Shown: piece after piece, positions 45,801 to 54,469 of the stretch
Numbering within the stretch: the stretch's first letter is position 1
Layout: each line of letters opens with the position of its first letter
IMG/VR virus record: IMGVR_UViG_3300043446_000624
Span: 1-55,844 of that record
Source: a virus
Taxonomy: Duplodnaviria; Caudoviricetes
Reading direction: 5' to 3' (one strand)
DNA length: 55,844 nucleotides
Notes under the pieces: model-generated
What the model saw: the letters and a program-made list of their open reading frames with translations, nothing else
Database searches by the model: none
What the model was told of the DNA's origin: nothing
Position numbers and translations under genes: made by a program

Positions 45801-47526
45801 CACAATCGGTACGGAAATGAGCGTGGCTGACGCCGCACGATATATTGGCGCAGTGACCGCAAGTGTTGTCAACGGTGGTCTTGGGCGGGCCTTCACAATA
45901 GCGCGTTTGTACAACACAGGCAACATTGCTGAGATCAAGCGTTTGGCAGGAGGAAACAAACCCCGCGCACAACTGAGCAATAAAGAGCTGAAGTATCGAG
46001 AGATGTACGAGTACATCCAGCAGGGCGGCATGGTGTCTTATCTGCAAGGTCTGTCATCTCAAGGCACGTTTGATTCTCTCCAGAAAGACATCAACAGCAG
46101 TGACGTCAAGAAAGCTGGAGCGGCTATCAATAAGGTGTTTGACGTCTACACCGATATGTTTGAATTGGCTAGTCGTACAGCGGCCTACAGTATCACCAAG
46201 CAAAGTTATATGCAGGGTGGCAGAAAGCTAAGCGAAGAAGAAGCCGCTACCAAAGCTGCTGGCTACGTCAAGGGTCTGGCTAACTTTGAACAGGTGGGCA
46301 AGTACGGCAAAGCCGCTGGCGCAGTGTTCATGTTCTTCCGACCCGCCGCCACGGGTGCAGTGCGGGCAATCGAAACCATTGGCCCCATGTTCCGTGATAC
46401 GGATCAAGCCGTTAAAGAATTTGAGGCCAACAACCCTGAAGCCGCTAAAGACAAGAAGGCTGTTGAAGAGTTCCGTCGCAACTTTGAGAAACAGAAAAAA
46501 GCTGCCACATACATGACCCTTGCGCTGAGCGGCATGGGTGCGTTGGTGTACATGATGGCTATGGCTCTGTCGGACGATGACGATATGGGGCGCGACCGTG
46601 TGGCAACGGACGACATCAACCGCTGGACTCGCTACGCTCGGTTCTATATTCCCGGGCGTGAAAAGCCAATCCAAATCCCTTGGGGCTTCGGCCTTGGCGC
46701 GTTTGCTTCCAGCGGAGCGCAGATGGCGGCTCTTGCATCGGGCAACGCATCGGTCAAGGATGTATTCAACAACATTCTTGAAGTTGGTATGGACTCCTTC
46801 ATGCCGTTGCCTCAGTCGCGGATTAATAAGTTTGAGCAGCCAGCCGCGTGGCTGATGGACTCTGCTACGCCGTCTATCCTGCGTCCGTTCTTCGAGTGGC
46901 AGATGAACATCGACGCTCTGGGCCGTGAAATCTATAACAACCGCAACACTCGCATGGGTGACGCCTATACCGGCGGGGATAGCATTCCTCACATCTGGAA
47001 GTGGGCGGCACGTACGATGGTTGAAGCAACCAACGGTGCTGTGGACGTTAGTCCTAACACACTGTATTTCTTTGCCAGCAACTACGCCGATGGCGGGGCA
47101 CGTTTGGTTCAGACGTTTGGCAATTGGGCTATGCTTGCCGCAGGTGAGAAAGAATTTGACCCCCGCCATGACACGTTGCTGTTTGACAGCTTCTTCGGCG
47201 CTCCGTCCAACTTTGACGCACGCGAGTTTTCATCTGTGGAAAAACAAATTCAAGGCATGGAGCAAAAGCTCAAGATGTTCAAGGATAACCCGCTCATGGA
47301 AGCCAAGTACATGGCGGCTAACCCGATGGCTGAGCATCTTGTTGATGTCTACAACAAGGGTGTCAACCGTGACTTGAAAGAGTTGCGTACCGAAGCCAAC
47401 GAAATCCGAGCGATGCAAATCTCTCCGAAGACTAAAGAAGCGATGCTCAAGAACATCATCCGTCTACAGAACTTGGAAAAACGCTTCTTGATCGAAGAAT
47501 TCAAAGCCTACGGCGTCAAGCCCTAA
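39886..47526 (+). CDS. giant polyvalent internal virion protein (FtsK-gamma-like wHTH, HExxH metallopeptidase, LPD38-like C-terminus)
   Basis: 2546 aa; DELYDQV...KIGDARANKILDELE; ILHELTH...YEFVAY; QIPWGFG...PSILRPFFE...GREIY. Confidence 0.8.
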   Translation: MPKFEVELPSGKYEVDAPNERKAWEYANYYAKADSKPAPVAQPAPPPAAPPLPERSWGEAAKDVGASAISGIGSLVQLPGQLYGLATGNFNKTGALGLGEDIQKFGEEMKSPGLKARETARDVAVQNAEKEGQWEAFKTAVGQTVSDPALLFSFLSEQAPQMIPAVITGGGTAALAASNVMAKAAARGISKEAAEKVAQKAAIKAGTTAGVQTGAVQQGADIGAGAYDMIYKELTNQGMSPEQAASETLNRARAAGVSGYALSLIAQKLPGGQAMERILAGERMAGRGILPRLGTGLATGAKEIPSEMLEETGGRFTQNLALRDVKPDQSLTEGLGQTAAMAALGGAGMGGVTGALGRRAAPPVPPTTTEEEKPETPTTDATAPVTPPSTPPAAPRVVPDKFEEITDQEAQDLAKQEVKTTAPTGSLAELKQQINELETKVNNRKIEIANMVAAGEQPRPKNKLSNYINANKRDEADLEAKRGALAKRVEAGETDVVEPKSEAGGTGAEVLTRPGTDDTAAAGAGTLKPSGVVSPGQDATTTAKGTGQPAAPVTETKPVEETKPVAPVAEASPAAPVAPARDELYDQVTKGLADNTMRPSVSSLKKTLKIGDARANKILDELEKNNVVTAKDAKGLRSVVGQEKPAPAVAPAKPVAPAKELTMADFMSEEELNDVFSEFEDKGDKPLASRGPLKAEAVTDPKLQQLYKAAQQVGISPVPGETPQQLVARVRREQKFRQENEVEKVMTEGPLKGTKYTQLTTPPSAVPLQELAGQGIQPTKKQGRARSVIPQNKRELYEEMAEEFNAQLEADIAKQGGEKEEEVEAAPKKGEVEEVKASTTRDSDEKLPDFDRLTDDEVEEYFDRIKDNTWAEHTDAAQELSTYIAGKRKNLGFAGRRAVAGAKKRGVTDEAQLEAARERAKEREAAEQKAAREYNRQRGPMSDKTGLAYTFPLWGDLSPEAQDLYIATIGDNSAINQYETFGLLKRQIQAELLAKSKSEGSLAAINEQIRIALQEEDRKRKRDSRAKSGRLPKNIQDKMFSGDLQGLLDYFRDGAQSFAEQIGKPFQWMTGTGISLPRTAREGIYKAVYQNLATELASLPDFKVNIVFDPNLNKSEVAVYNYKTNTIYVGPNGLTQGAILHELTHAATVKIIHAYYTHLHEHIVKEDITPRARRACNQLLNIMLLAEPKLKSKEDGRYARAFDNLYEFVAYAMTDPDFQRELAQMQSPSIARATDRDVNLEKAGRTGDKSVGDNLWGYFVNTLAHLYRLFRPLLENKKYAAPVDRQMKVKSGRYQNVKTTITKYDRDEGFHGYKYEDSKEEARRKYDAFMNKLRELRKPQAEREAKAEEVTEETTEDDRILEKATEEKKLELTPELEARIAAFELEKQRLLEEDKQAYDENISQLFNDIEAETELADIETEKQQTKKEKRKDDKKFQKELIDLPEHGIKNLEVLTLSEPGYRGNFLLEAAAAFEGILAVPNPEGMPELAGLDRADIDRSPLLAMTAPQTKQAEKKQEDVSFDQAVEKQKERLPKKPGIGAVRKLFTTSAGRRQLATAWQNDRYAIKFWEDSLERAGKIFYAGKDKMNNIYTQIALSAARAKDIYLTKVETPAAELRSAIGKFAEGMNLSVEDALSHLQVYAIGLHEPERREAKFLLNVPLNDKVKIKFDGKAMTPADVRQYILDEFILNGTANKQEAAQLKKVMRSLVDKYKDPAGSSPSGEKSIDEFSANYNVIGTYSPASIKAIQDRYKKNEKLLKPVFDAMQKLQTVTAEMNRDANYWSKPVESLVNFYGWNHYVPFKGKAEAATGKLDYLLDFDSERLGKELQDAPHSFEGRVSESDNSIVQTMTDATRAAMRAGRADLTLAIKNALDQKLLRGAPVKTIPFKDRYNAGIDEEKKRATIFHYNEDGSVDVLYIQDRSQLEAIRRTYQQSNPMIDMLNGFTSKIGQVHTRYNFAFAPMNYFRDMLTNAFTIGTEMSVADAARYIGAVTASVVNGGLGRAFTIARLYNTGNIAEIKRLAGGNKPRAQLSNKELKYREMYEYIQQGGMVSYLQGLSSQGTFDSLQKDINSSDVKKAGAAINKVFDVYTDMFELASRTAAYSITKQSYMQGGRKLSEEEAATKAAGYVKGLANFEQVGKYGKAAGAVFMFFRPAATGAVRAIETIGPMFRDTDQAVKEFEANNPEAAKDKKAVEEFRRNFEKQKKAATYMTLALSGMGALVYMMAMALSDDDDMGRDRVATDDINRWTRYARFYIPGREKPIQIPWGFGLGAFASSGAQMAALASGNASVKDVFNNILEVGMDSFMPLPQSRINKFEQPAAWLMDSATPSILRPFFEWQMNIDALGREIYNNRNTRMGDAYTGGDSIPHIWKWAARTMVEATNGAVDVSPNTLYFFASNYADGGARLVQTFGNWAMLAAGEKEFDPRHDTLLFDSFFGAPSNFDAREFSSVEKQIQGMEQKLKMFKDNPLMEAKYMAANPMAEHLVDVYNKGVNRDLKELRTEANEIRAMQISPKTKEAMLKNIIRLQNLEKRFLIEEFKAYGVKP

Positions 47527-47741
47527 GCCACGCGCCATGCCCGTACACCAAGGACACCGTCCTTGGTAGTGGGGTAGGCTTTCACTTTCACTCCAGCTTT
47601 CTTGGATGTGACGTCAATCATGTAGACCATGTACGCAGGGCGCATAGTCGGGATAAAGAAGCTATCCCCTATGCTCATCCCTGTATACGGAAAAATCCAC
47701 TCTGGCTCGTCAGGCGGCGAGTCGGGTTTCAGCGGTTTCAT
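47523..47741 (-). CDS. small conserved DNA-binding-like protein
   Basis: FPYTGMSIGDSFFIP...GVRAWRV motif. Confidence 0.7.
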   Translation of the reverse strand: MKPLKPDSPPDEPEWIFPYTGMSIGDSFFIPTMRPAYMVYMIDVTSKKAGVKVKAYPTTKDGVLGVRAWRVA

Positions 47742-50580
47742 CTGCAAAAAGGTGGCTCACGTCGAACTTGATCTCATAGGCTTGGACGTTGGTCGTGCCA
47801 AAAGCATCCTTCCAGCCAGCCGCCATCTGCTTGCGCCCCTTGCTTCTGAGGATGCCGCGCTTCTCTATCGCGTTCTCAAAGTCGCGTAGCCCAATTCGCA
47901 CGTCCTTGAAGTAGGCTTTCAGGGCTGACGTAGACACCCAAATAGTACCCTCATCCACCTCGGCGCGGACGTACAACGCTTGGCGCGGCTCGGTTGTGAC
48001 CTTGCCATCCCGGACCACCAGACAGCTCTGGATGTTCTTGTTGATGAAGTCACCCAGCACTTCCTCATAGCGGTCTTCGTCTGCCACCACGCCCTTGATA
48101 ACGCGGTCCAACTCACGGCCCACGACGTCCATGATGCGCTCAATGTCGAAATGCACCAAATTCAAGGACTTAACCACCTGGTCAGCTACACGAACTGTGG
48201 CAAGCAAGTTAATCAGGAAACGGTACTCGGCGTTGGAGGTATGCTGGAACCCCACTTCCAAGTACATCGCGCCCAGTCTGCGCTTGATTTCAGTCGTCCC
48301 AATGCGAAACAACTCCTTGATGTACATTGGCCCAGCGTGACCGTGGTGAGTCTTCAAGGCGTCGAACATCTGTAGACCGCGCTGTGACGTCAACTCGTAC
48401 CCGGGCACACTGGGTCGTGTAATCCGTGGCTCCAGAATCCGCATCTCTTCTGCGTTGGTATTATCTTTGTAGGTCGCCATCAAGTCGCGCAGACTTGTGT
48501 TGGTTGTGGTCACCGCTATCAGCTTGGTAACGTATGACGCCTCGCGCTCTTGGTTGGTAGAAGACTGCATCCTCAGCTTGGACTGACCGGATGACACGTT
48601 GTAGGCGATATGGGATACCACCTTGCCATCTGTATTGGACTGCTCGTCCAGACCAAACAGGATGTTCTTGGAAGTAATCATCCGTTGCATCAGGGCGTTT
48701 TGCGTTGCCTCAAACACCGCCAAATTTTCTGGGTGACCCCAGATGCTCAACCCACCATACAGCGCCCCGGTCTTACCAAAGCCTGACTTGCCATGCAGGG
48801 ATAGGATGACGCCGTTGACGTTGGTGAATTCGATCAGGGGCGACGCAAATCCGCATAGCATCGTGAAGGCATGCCACTCGTAGCCGGGGTCGTTGAACAT
48901 TTGCGCGGCTTTCTTCCAGCCATCCAATGTGCCGCCTTGTTTAATGTTGCGGATGACGTTCTTAGCCATTGGGGACGGTGGACAGTGCGCCGTAGTCCCG
49001 TTAGCAAAGTACTCGGTTGAGCCTAAAACGAATGACTTGTAGTCTTCTGTCCAGCCTTGTTGAACTCTCATGATGTCTGCCTTCTGTGTTTCTACTAAAT
49101 ATGCCGCCCACTTCATCAGATAGCTGGACAGCTTCGGTGCAAATCCCAATTCAAACGTCACGCCGTTGGTTGCCAGTACAGTCTTCAGGCGCTCCAAGGA
49201 TGCAACATCTTTCAGGGGAAGCAGGAACTCTCGTGTGGCGTCGAGCGGCAGGTAAAGCACCATCACCAAGCATTCGCCATCGTGAGGGCTATACACGCGC
49301 TGAGTCGGATACACGTCGTTCGGTGTGATCATTTCAGGCGGGTCTTGGATGATCGTGCCTTTTTTGTCTCGTCTGGGAGGAGGTGTGTAGTAGATACCTC
49401 CATTAATGCCTCGACTGTAGGGCTGGAGGTAGTCTGGGAAGACGACAAGTTTTTTGGTATCCGTGTCGGCCCGAACTGATTGCGCTTCATCTTTGGTTTC
49501 GGCGCTTCCAGTAGGCTCTTCAACGGGTTCGGGAGCGGGGACGGATGCAACTCGGAGAGACTTTCCAAGCTCGATAGGCCCAGTGATTTTGCCTCGGAAG
49601 GGACAGCCACTGCATCGTGCGGCATCTTCTTTGGCGAAAGCGTCACATCCGTGCGCCCAGTTTGCTTCGCTGAGTGACTGTTGGGCTTTTCGTTCAGTGG
49701 CATCTCTGTCGTATTCGGGGTGTCCCTCTGACATGAGATGTATGGACTCAGCGCCATCAGAACACCTAACGGCGACAGATATTCCAGCGTACCACAGCGG
49801 CTCTGGACAACTAGCGGGGTTCTCGATGATGAATTTAATTTGTGCACAGCCGTTTCCCTCCAGGCTTGAGACTGCGATGTTGTGGAAGATGTACTCAAAG
49901 TTACCCCTACGTTTTTCTAGGATAGCCTTCGTGTCGTCATCCAGCCCCTTCTCGACCTTGCTGATGTCGAACGGCAGTTCAACAGGCCCGAAGCAAGCGA
50001 TAAGATCATCGAAGCTATGCGCTTCTCCGTCCCTAATAATTTGCACAGGCAACGGGTTGGCTGGGTCTTTGACGTTGTTGCTTCCCGGCACGCGCAGTAC
50101 TCGGGCGGCATCTGCTGTTACTGACTCGTCAATCCGCAGACCTGAATCAAGGCACAGCTTCTTGAATGCTTCGGCGTAAGGCTTCCAACGATCAGTCTCA
50201 ACGTCTTCCGTGAAGGGCCAGTACGCATGGATGCCGTGGCCCGAGTTGACGATGATGGGGTCTGGAAGTTCTTTCTCAGCTACGAAGTTCAGGAGCGATG
50301 TGAGACCTTCGTCCCAATGCTCGTACGGTTTCTTGGGGCCACAATCAATGTCAACAAAGAACGAACGCATGAAGATACAAGCGTCGGCCTTGCGAGACAT
50401 CCCTTCAAAGGTGCCCAGTGCAAAGTACGCGTTCCAGTCCCCCTGAACGAAACCTTGCATCTGTTGGATTGCATCATCAATGTCGTCGGCAAACTTCGGG
50501 CGCACAGTCCCGTCCTTGATGCCCACCACACAAATGTTGCCCTGCGTCGGTAATACTTTCTGGAAAAATTGTTTGTTCAT
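47710..50580 (-). CDS. primase-helicase (RepB/AEP-like primase, Cys cluster, DUF927/Cch-like ATPase)
   Basis: FVDIDCG, SGHGIHAYW, ARVLRVPGSNN; C..CSGC; GKSGFGKT Walker A; LDE Walker B; start moved to MNKQFF. Confidence 0.88.
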   Translation of the reverse strand: MNKQFFQKVLPTQGNICVVGIKDGTVRPKFADDIDDAIQQMQGFVQGDWNAYFALGTFEGMSRKADACIFMRSFFVDIDCGPKKPYEHWDEGLTSLLNFVAEKELPDPIIVNSGHGIHAYWPFTEDVETDRWKPYAEAFKKLCLDSGLRIDESVTADAARVLRVPGSNNVKDPANPLPVQIIRDGEAHSFDDLIACFGPVELPFDISKVEKGLDDDTKAILEKRRGNFEYIFHNIAVSSLEGNGCAQIKFIIENPASCPEPLWYAGISVAVRCSDGAESIHLMSEGHPEYDRDATERKAQQSLSEANWAHGCDAFAKEDAARCSGCPFRGKITGPIELGKSLRVASVPAPEPVEEPTGSAETKDEAQSVRADTDTKKLVVFPDYLQPYSRGINGGIYYTPPPRRDKKGTIIQDPPEMITPNDVYPTQRVYSPHDGECLVMVLYLPLDATREFLLPLKDVASLERLKTVLATNGVTFELGFAPKLSSYLMKWAAYLVETQKADIMRVQQGWTEDYKSFVLGSTEYFANGTTAHCPPSPMAKNVIRNIKQGGTLDGWKKAAQMFNDPGYEWHAFTMLCGFASPLIEFTNVNGVILSLHGKSGFGKTGALYGGLSIWGHPENLAVFEATQNALMQRMITSKNILFGLDEQSNTDGKVVSHIAYNVSSGQSKLRMQSSTNQEREASYVTKLIAVTTTNTSLRDLMATYKDNTNAEEMRILEPRITRPSVPGYELTSQRGLQMFDALKTHHGHAGPMYIKELFRIGTTEIKRRLGAMYLEVGFQHTSNAEYRFLINLLATVRVADQVVKSLNLVHFDIERIMDVVGRELDRVIKGVVADEDRYEEVLGDFINKNIQSCLVVRDGKVTTEPRQALYVRAEVDEGTIWVSTSALKAYFKDVRIGLRDFENAIEKRGILRSKGRKQMAAGWKDAFGTTNVQAYEIKFDVSHLFADETAETRLAA

Positions 50581-50597
50581 GATCGCAGAGACAATAA

Positions 50598-50620
50598 TGG
50601 CGGGAGCAACGCCCCCGCCA
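50598..50620 (-). terminator. GC hairpin between HTH and primase genes
   Basis: tggcggg...cccgcca followed by TTATTGT on minus strand. Confidence 0.45.
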
Positions 50621-50629
50621 ACCACAAAA

Positions 50630-50965
50630 TTAGTCTGGCTTGGTGCCAGCACGCTTCATTGGGCGACCAACCATCTCCTCGCAATAGGTGCGGGCGGCGC
50701 TCAATGAAGTTGCAGGAAGTACCCCGGCCTTCAGGTCTTTCTCCATCAGGTCGATCAGTACTTCTATCATGTGTTTTTTACCGTCACGTATAACGCCGCC
50801 TCTGAACCAAGCGTGAATTGTTGGCCTAGTTGTATCAAGCATCTGCGCCACGTATGTCGCAGGGATGTTGCCCTTGATGCAGACCTTGCCAAGTTCACGC
50901 CCTAGGTTGTAGGGGCCACGGTAATCGACTGCCTCTTGCAAGGCGGCGCTATACGTTCGTGCCAT
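50630..50965 (-). CDS. Cro/XRE-like HTH regulator
   Basis: IPATYVAQMLDTTRPTIHAWFRG helix-turn-helix. Confidence 0.75.
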   Translation of the reverse strand: MARTYSAALQEAVDYRGPYNLGRELGKVCIKGNIPATYVAQMLDTTRPTIHAWFRGGVIRDGKKHMIEVLIDLMEKDLKAGVLPATSLSAARTYCEEMVGRPMKRAGTKPD

Positions 50966-51789
50966 TATTTCTTAGTCCACTTTTTGATGACTTCGCTGGC
51001 GTTCTCTGCCGCTTCCACAGTGGGCTTGGCAGTCTCACGCTTAACGGGTTCAGGTTGAGCCGGGGCTTCAGCCTCTTCGCCCTGAGAGTCAGACTTATAG
51101 ACGGTCAGCTTGATTGCGTTCTCGGCTGCCGGAGATTTGGTCTGGCGAGAGATAGCATCCTTCATCTCCGGGGGAACCGCCGCGCTCGGAGAGAACAACA
51201 GACGGGGCACAGGAGAGTTGATGTCAAACTCCATCTTGGTCACAACGCGTCCAGCACTGATGTTGTTATTAGCAAGCATCTGGATGTAGGGGCGGAAGGG
51301 CCAGCGACCGTTTTCTTCCTTGCCGAATGCGCTAGTAGCGGGAAGCACCAACTGATAGACGTCCCCATCCGGGTCGTTCGGTAGTACAACTGCGGTGCGC
51401 CAAGACAGGCGACATGCGGAACCCTGACCGCCTTGACCAGAACCCTTGACGGAGTTCGGGCACTCTTGGCAGGAAGTTGCCGGGGGGTTGGGCACATCAG
51501 CGTCCGGTCCCTTGGAGTCGCTAGACCAGCAAGCGGGAGAAATCTTCACGCCCTTCTTGTACGTGCTGTTATAGAACGTACGTGCGGGGTCATGCGCCAT
51601 CTTGACAAACACCACTTGCATGGAATTGTCGGTGTTAACGCTCTGCTCTTTGCCAGCCACAATTTTGCGGAAGACGCGACCTTCGATAGAGATACGCTTG
51701 TTGCCTTTTACGGCGTTGCCAGCTACGGCAAGGGTATCTTCATCCAAACCAAGTTCGATACCGGAAATGACTGCGAGTTCGTTGCTCAT
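50965..51789 (-). CDS. putative single-stranded DNA-binding/annealing protein
   Basis: KRISIEG, RTFY, PACWS, CQECP, ACR, LPATS motifs; acidic Pro-rich tail ending in W. Confidence 0.6.
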   Translation of the reverse strand: MSNELAVISGIELGLDEDTLAVAGNAVKGNKRISIEGRVFRKIVAGKEQSVNTDNSMQVVFVKMAHDPARTFYNSTYKKGVKISPACWSSDSKGPDADVPNPPATSCQECPNSVKGSGQGGQGSACRLSWRTAVVLPNDPDGDVYQLVLPATSAFGKEENGRWPFRPYIQMLANNNISAGRVVTKMEFDINSPVPRLLFSPSAAVPPEMKDAISRQTKSPAAENAIKLTVYKSDSQGEEAEAPAQPEPVKRETAKPTVEAAENASEVIKKWTKK

Positions 51790-51790
51790 A

Positions 51791-52210
51791 TTAAACCTCA
51801 ACTGAAAGATTACTAGATGCGCGGGGCTTGTACACGGTGATCGCGTATTCCCGCATGACATTCACACCGGGGGGCAAACCTTCACCAGCCCTGTCGGTCA
51901 TGAATTGCTTGAAGTTGGTCTGATGGATTCGACGTTCAAGAAGATCAATGCTTCCCTCGGTCTCGACAAACTTCTTGAAGTTGTCCCAATCAGAACAAGT
52001 GTACCGGTCCTTGACTTGACGCGATACAGTACCGTGAGCAGTCTTGAGACCACTCGTGTTCGTTGTGTTGCAGATGTCTAAAAGTGCGGCTTCAATTTTC
52101 TCCAAGTCTTCCTTCAACTCTCTGTCGGCTGAATCAAAATCGGCCTTGAGTGTCTCACGTTTCCGACGAATTGTTAAATAGGTTTCCACTAACTGATCAG
52201 CATTGTTCAT
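51791..52210 (-). CDS. conserved coiled-coil replication-module protein
   Basis: YLTIRRKRE, KTAHGT, DWDNF, LLERRI, LPPGV motifs; AGGAG RBS. Confidence 0.7.
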   Translation of the reverse strand: MNNADQLVETYLTIRRKRETLKADFDSADRELKEDLEKIEAALLDICNTTNTSGLKTAHGTVSRQVKDRYTCSDWDNFKKFVETEGSIDLLERRIHQTNFKQFMTDRAGEGLPPGVNVMREYAITVYKPRASSNLSVEV

Positions 52211-53771
52211 TGCTTTCTCCTTCGATTTCCTGACGATACAGGTCCACCAACTGTTCGTGCATATCGACCTTGTTTTGCAACATGCGATACATACGGCGCT
52301 CCACCTCGGACCCTTGGAGGTGGATTACAGTCATACTGTTCTTCTGTCCCACGCGGTCAATCCGCGCAATACACTGTAAGTAAGTCTCTACAGACATGAC
52401 GGGTGACCAGAACACCACCGTGTCAGCGGCAGTCAATGTCACACCATGCGATGCGGCTTGCGGTTGAATGAGTAATACCTTTGGGTCATCCTGCGTTTGG
52501 AAACGATTAAAAATTGCCGCACGTTCATTGGCTGATACGCTTCCTGCAATGATCTCGCTGGAGATGTTGCTCTTGTTCAGGAAGTTCTTGATCAAGCTAA
52601 GCGTGTGGGTGTACGGCACAAAGACGATGACTTTGTGGGAAGACTCTTCCAACACTTCGTGCAACACGTTCAACCGTGGCGATACATCGAACTCGACCAC
52701 ATTGCCTCCGTCGGTGTACACCGCCCCACCCGATAGCTGGAGCAGTTTGGTCAGCGCGGCGGCGGCATTGACGGTACTAATGGTTTCCCCTACTGCCATG
52801 ATCTGCATTTGCTTGACCAATTCCTTGTAGTAGCCCGTTGCCTGTGCAGTCAGCGGCACTTCGCGTGACTGATACGTCACCTCTGGTAAGTCAAGACACT
52901 GCGACTTCTCGTAGCGGATTGCGGGTTGCAATGCGTTGAACACTAGCGACTTGGCGTAAGGTTTGGGAACCCAACGAAAACGGGAAACCTGCGTCATGAC
53001 AGTATCTTTCCACGCTGTCTTGTACTTGGGCACACGTGACGGATTTATCAGCCGAGCAAGCCCGAACGCATCTTCAGGTGACTGCGACGCGGGTGTACCC
53101 GTCATCATCCACAGATAGGTGCTCGGTTGAATGATGCTTGCTAGAGTCTTCCAGCGCACAGTACTCGTGTTCTTGTATGCGTTGGCTTCGTCAACGATGA
53201 TCAGATCAAATCCAGCGTTGGCAATTGCTTCGCGCTCAGACGATACACCGTCATAGTTGATGATGACAAACTGATACTCGCCTTCGATGACTTTGCGGCG
53301 TTTGCTACCATGAGCAATACCGCAGGTGCGGTGCATTGCTGTTTTGAACAGATCGCCTTGCCATGCTGACTTCATGATTGACAACGGACAGATCACCAAC
53401 ACTCGCTTAATCTTGCCTTCACGCATCAGATAGTCTGCGGCCCAGATAGCGGCAGATGTCTTGCCTGTACCAGCTTCGTTAAAACAGAACGCACGTTTGT
53501 GCAGGGTTAGGAAACGTGATGTGTCGCGCTGATGCTCGAACGGCTGGAACATTCCAGGCCAGTTGTAATGCTTCTCGATGGGTGACGGAAGTTTGCTGTC
53601 TTCGAGCAGTACGGTGAGCGATTGCATTTCATCAACGCCCCAGTACACCATCATTTCCGAGTGCGAGCCTTGCGCTCCAAGCACCTCGCTCTTGTCGATG
53701 GACGCCTTGATTGTCTGCGCCACATCATGTGAGCAATGGAATTGCACTGCAATGTCTTCAACTATATTCAT
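52197..53771 (-). CDS. SNF2-family (SF2) DNA helicase
   Basis: EAGTGKT, IIVDEA, MTGTP and QCIARIDRVGQ motifs; GAGGT RBS before ATG 53771. Confidence 0.92.
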   Translation of the reverse strand: MNIVEDIAVQFHCSHDVAQTIKASIDKSEVLGAQGSHSEMMVYWGVDEMQSLTVLLEDSKLPSPIEKHYNWPGMFQPFEHQRDTSRFLTLHKRAFCFNEAGTGKTSAAIWAADYLMREGKIKRVLVICPLSIMKSAWQGDLFKTAMHRTCGIAHGSKRRKVIEGEYQFVIINYDGVSSEREAIANAGFDLIIVDEANAYKNTSTVRWKTLASIIQPSTYLWMMTGTPASQSPEDAFGLARLINPSRVPKYKTAWKDTVMTQVSRFRWVPKPYAKSLVFNALQPAIRYEKSQCLDLPEVTYQSREVPLTAQATGYYKELVKQMQIMAVGETISTVNAAAALTKLLQLSGGAVYTDGGNVVEFDVSPRLNVLHEVLEESSHKVIVFVPYTHTLSLIKNFLNKSNISSEIIAGSVSANERAAIFNRFQTQDDPKVLLIQPQAASHGVTLTAADTVVFWSPVMSVETYLQCIARIDRVGQKNSMTVIHLQGSEVERRMYRMLQNKVDMHEQLVDLYRQEIEGESNEQC

Positions 53772-53799
53772 ACTACCTCTTGACTGTTTGTTTGTTTGT

Positions 53800-53943
53800 C
53801 CCCGTCTTTCCGGGGTGTCCGTCAGTCCTGCAAAGAACAAAGTCTAGGAGAAAGCAACCCTGCCAACTGACTGATGCGGTTTAGGGAACCAGATAAAAAC
53901 CCTGTTTGACGCCTAGCGTCTGGCCCACTCACACCTTACTGCC
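53800..53943 (-). ncRNA. C4-like structured antisense RNA in helicase leader
   Basis: Own promoter; several stems; terminal GACACCCCGGAAAGACGGGG hairpin; anti-SD loop TTGCTTTCTCCTAG. Confidence 0.6.
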
Positions 53944-53949
53944 AACACA

Positions 53950-53977
53950 ATGATAGCGACGTTTTCGCTTTTGTCAA
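53950..53977 (-). promoter_or_regulatory. sigma70 promoter
   Basis: TTGACA-16 nt-TATCAT on minus strand. Confidence 0.75.
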
Positions 53978-54288
53978 GTTTTCTTTCGTTCTTTTTTGCT
54001 GACTTCGGATACGAGATTACCCTTAGAGTCGCGTCGGAACGAACGATTCTTTGCCGCGCTTTCAATGCGCAGTCCGTCCTTGTTGGAGCCGCCTTTGTCG
54101 AGCGCACGAACGTGTGCTACGTCCTTGCCTTCGCGTCGATCAGCCTTGCCATCATGGTCTGCATCTCTGCCAGTCTTATCGATAGCACGACGACCGCGCT
54201 GACGCTCCATGCGACGCTCATGCTCACCACGAGCAAGCTGTTGCTGATATTCTTTTTTATACGGTCTGGGTTTGTTGACGTAGGGCAT
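53974..54288 (-). CDS. HNH endonuclease-like protein
   Basis: KDVAHVRALDKGGSN...KNRS. Confidence 0.7.
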   Translation of the reverse strand: MPYVNKPRPYKKEYQQQLARGEHERRMERQRGRRAIDKTGRDADHDGKADRREGKDVAHVRALDKGGSNKDGLRIESAAKNRSFRRDSKGNLVSEVSKKERKKT

Positions 54289-54469
54289 CTTGTTGCTCCA
54301 GCATGTGTCGGACAGAGTTAAGCGCTATTTTTGCCTCGACCATGGCAAGTGTCAATTGGTCCATCGCTAGCACGTAGTCGCCTTCCAGCAGATAGTCATG
54401 CGCTTTCTTCATCGCCTTCTCACACATCATCATGGGATGGGCGTAATCAATTAGGGTCTCTTGGCTCAT
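54257..54469 (-). CDS. hypothetical protein
   Basis: IDYAHPMMMCEKAMK...; coupled to exonuclease gene. Confidence 0.65.
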   Translation of the reverse strand: MSQETLIDYAHPMMMCEKAMKKAHDYLLEGDYVLAMDQLTLAMVEAKIALNSVRHMLEQQDALRQQTQTV

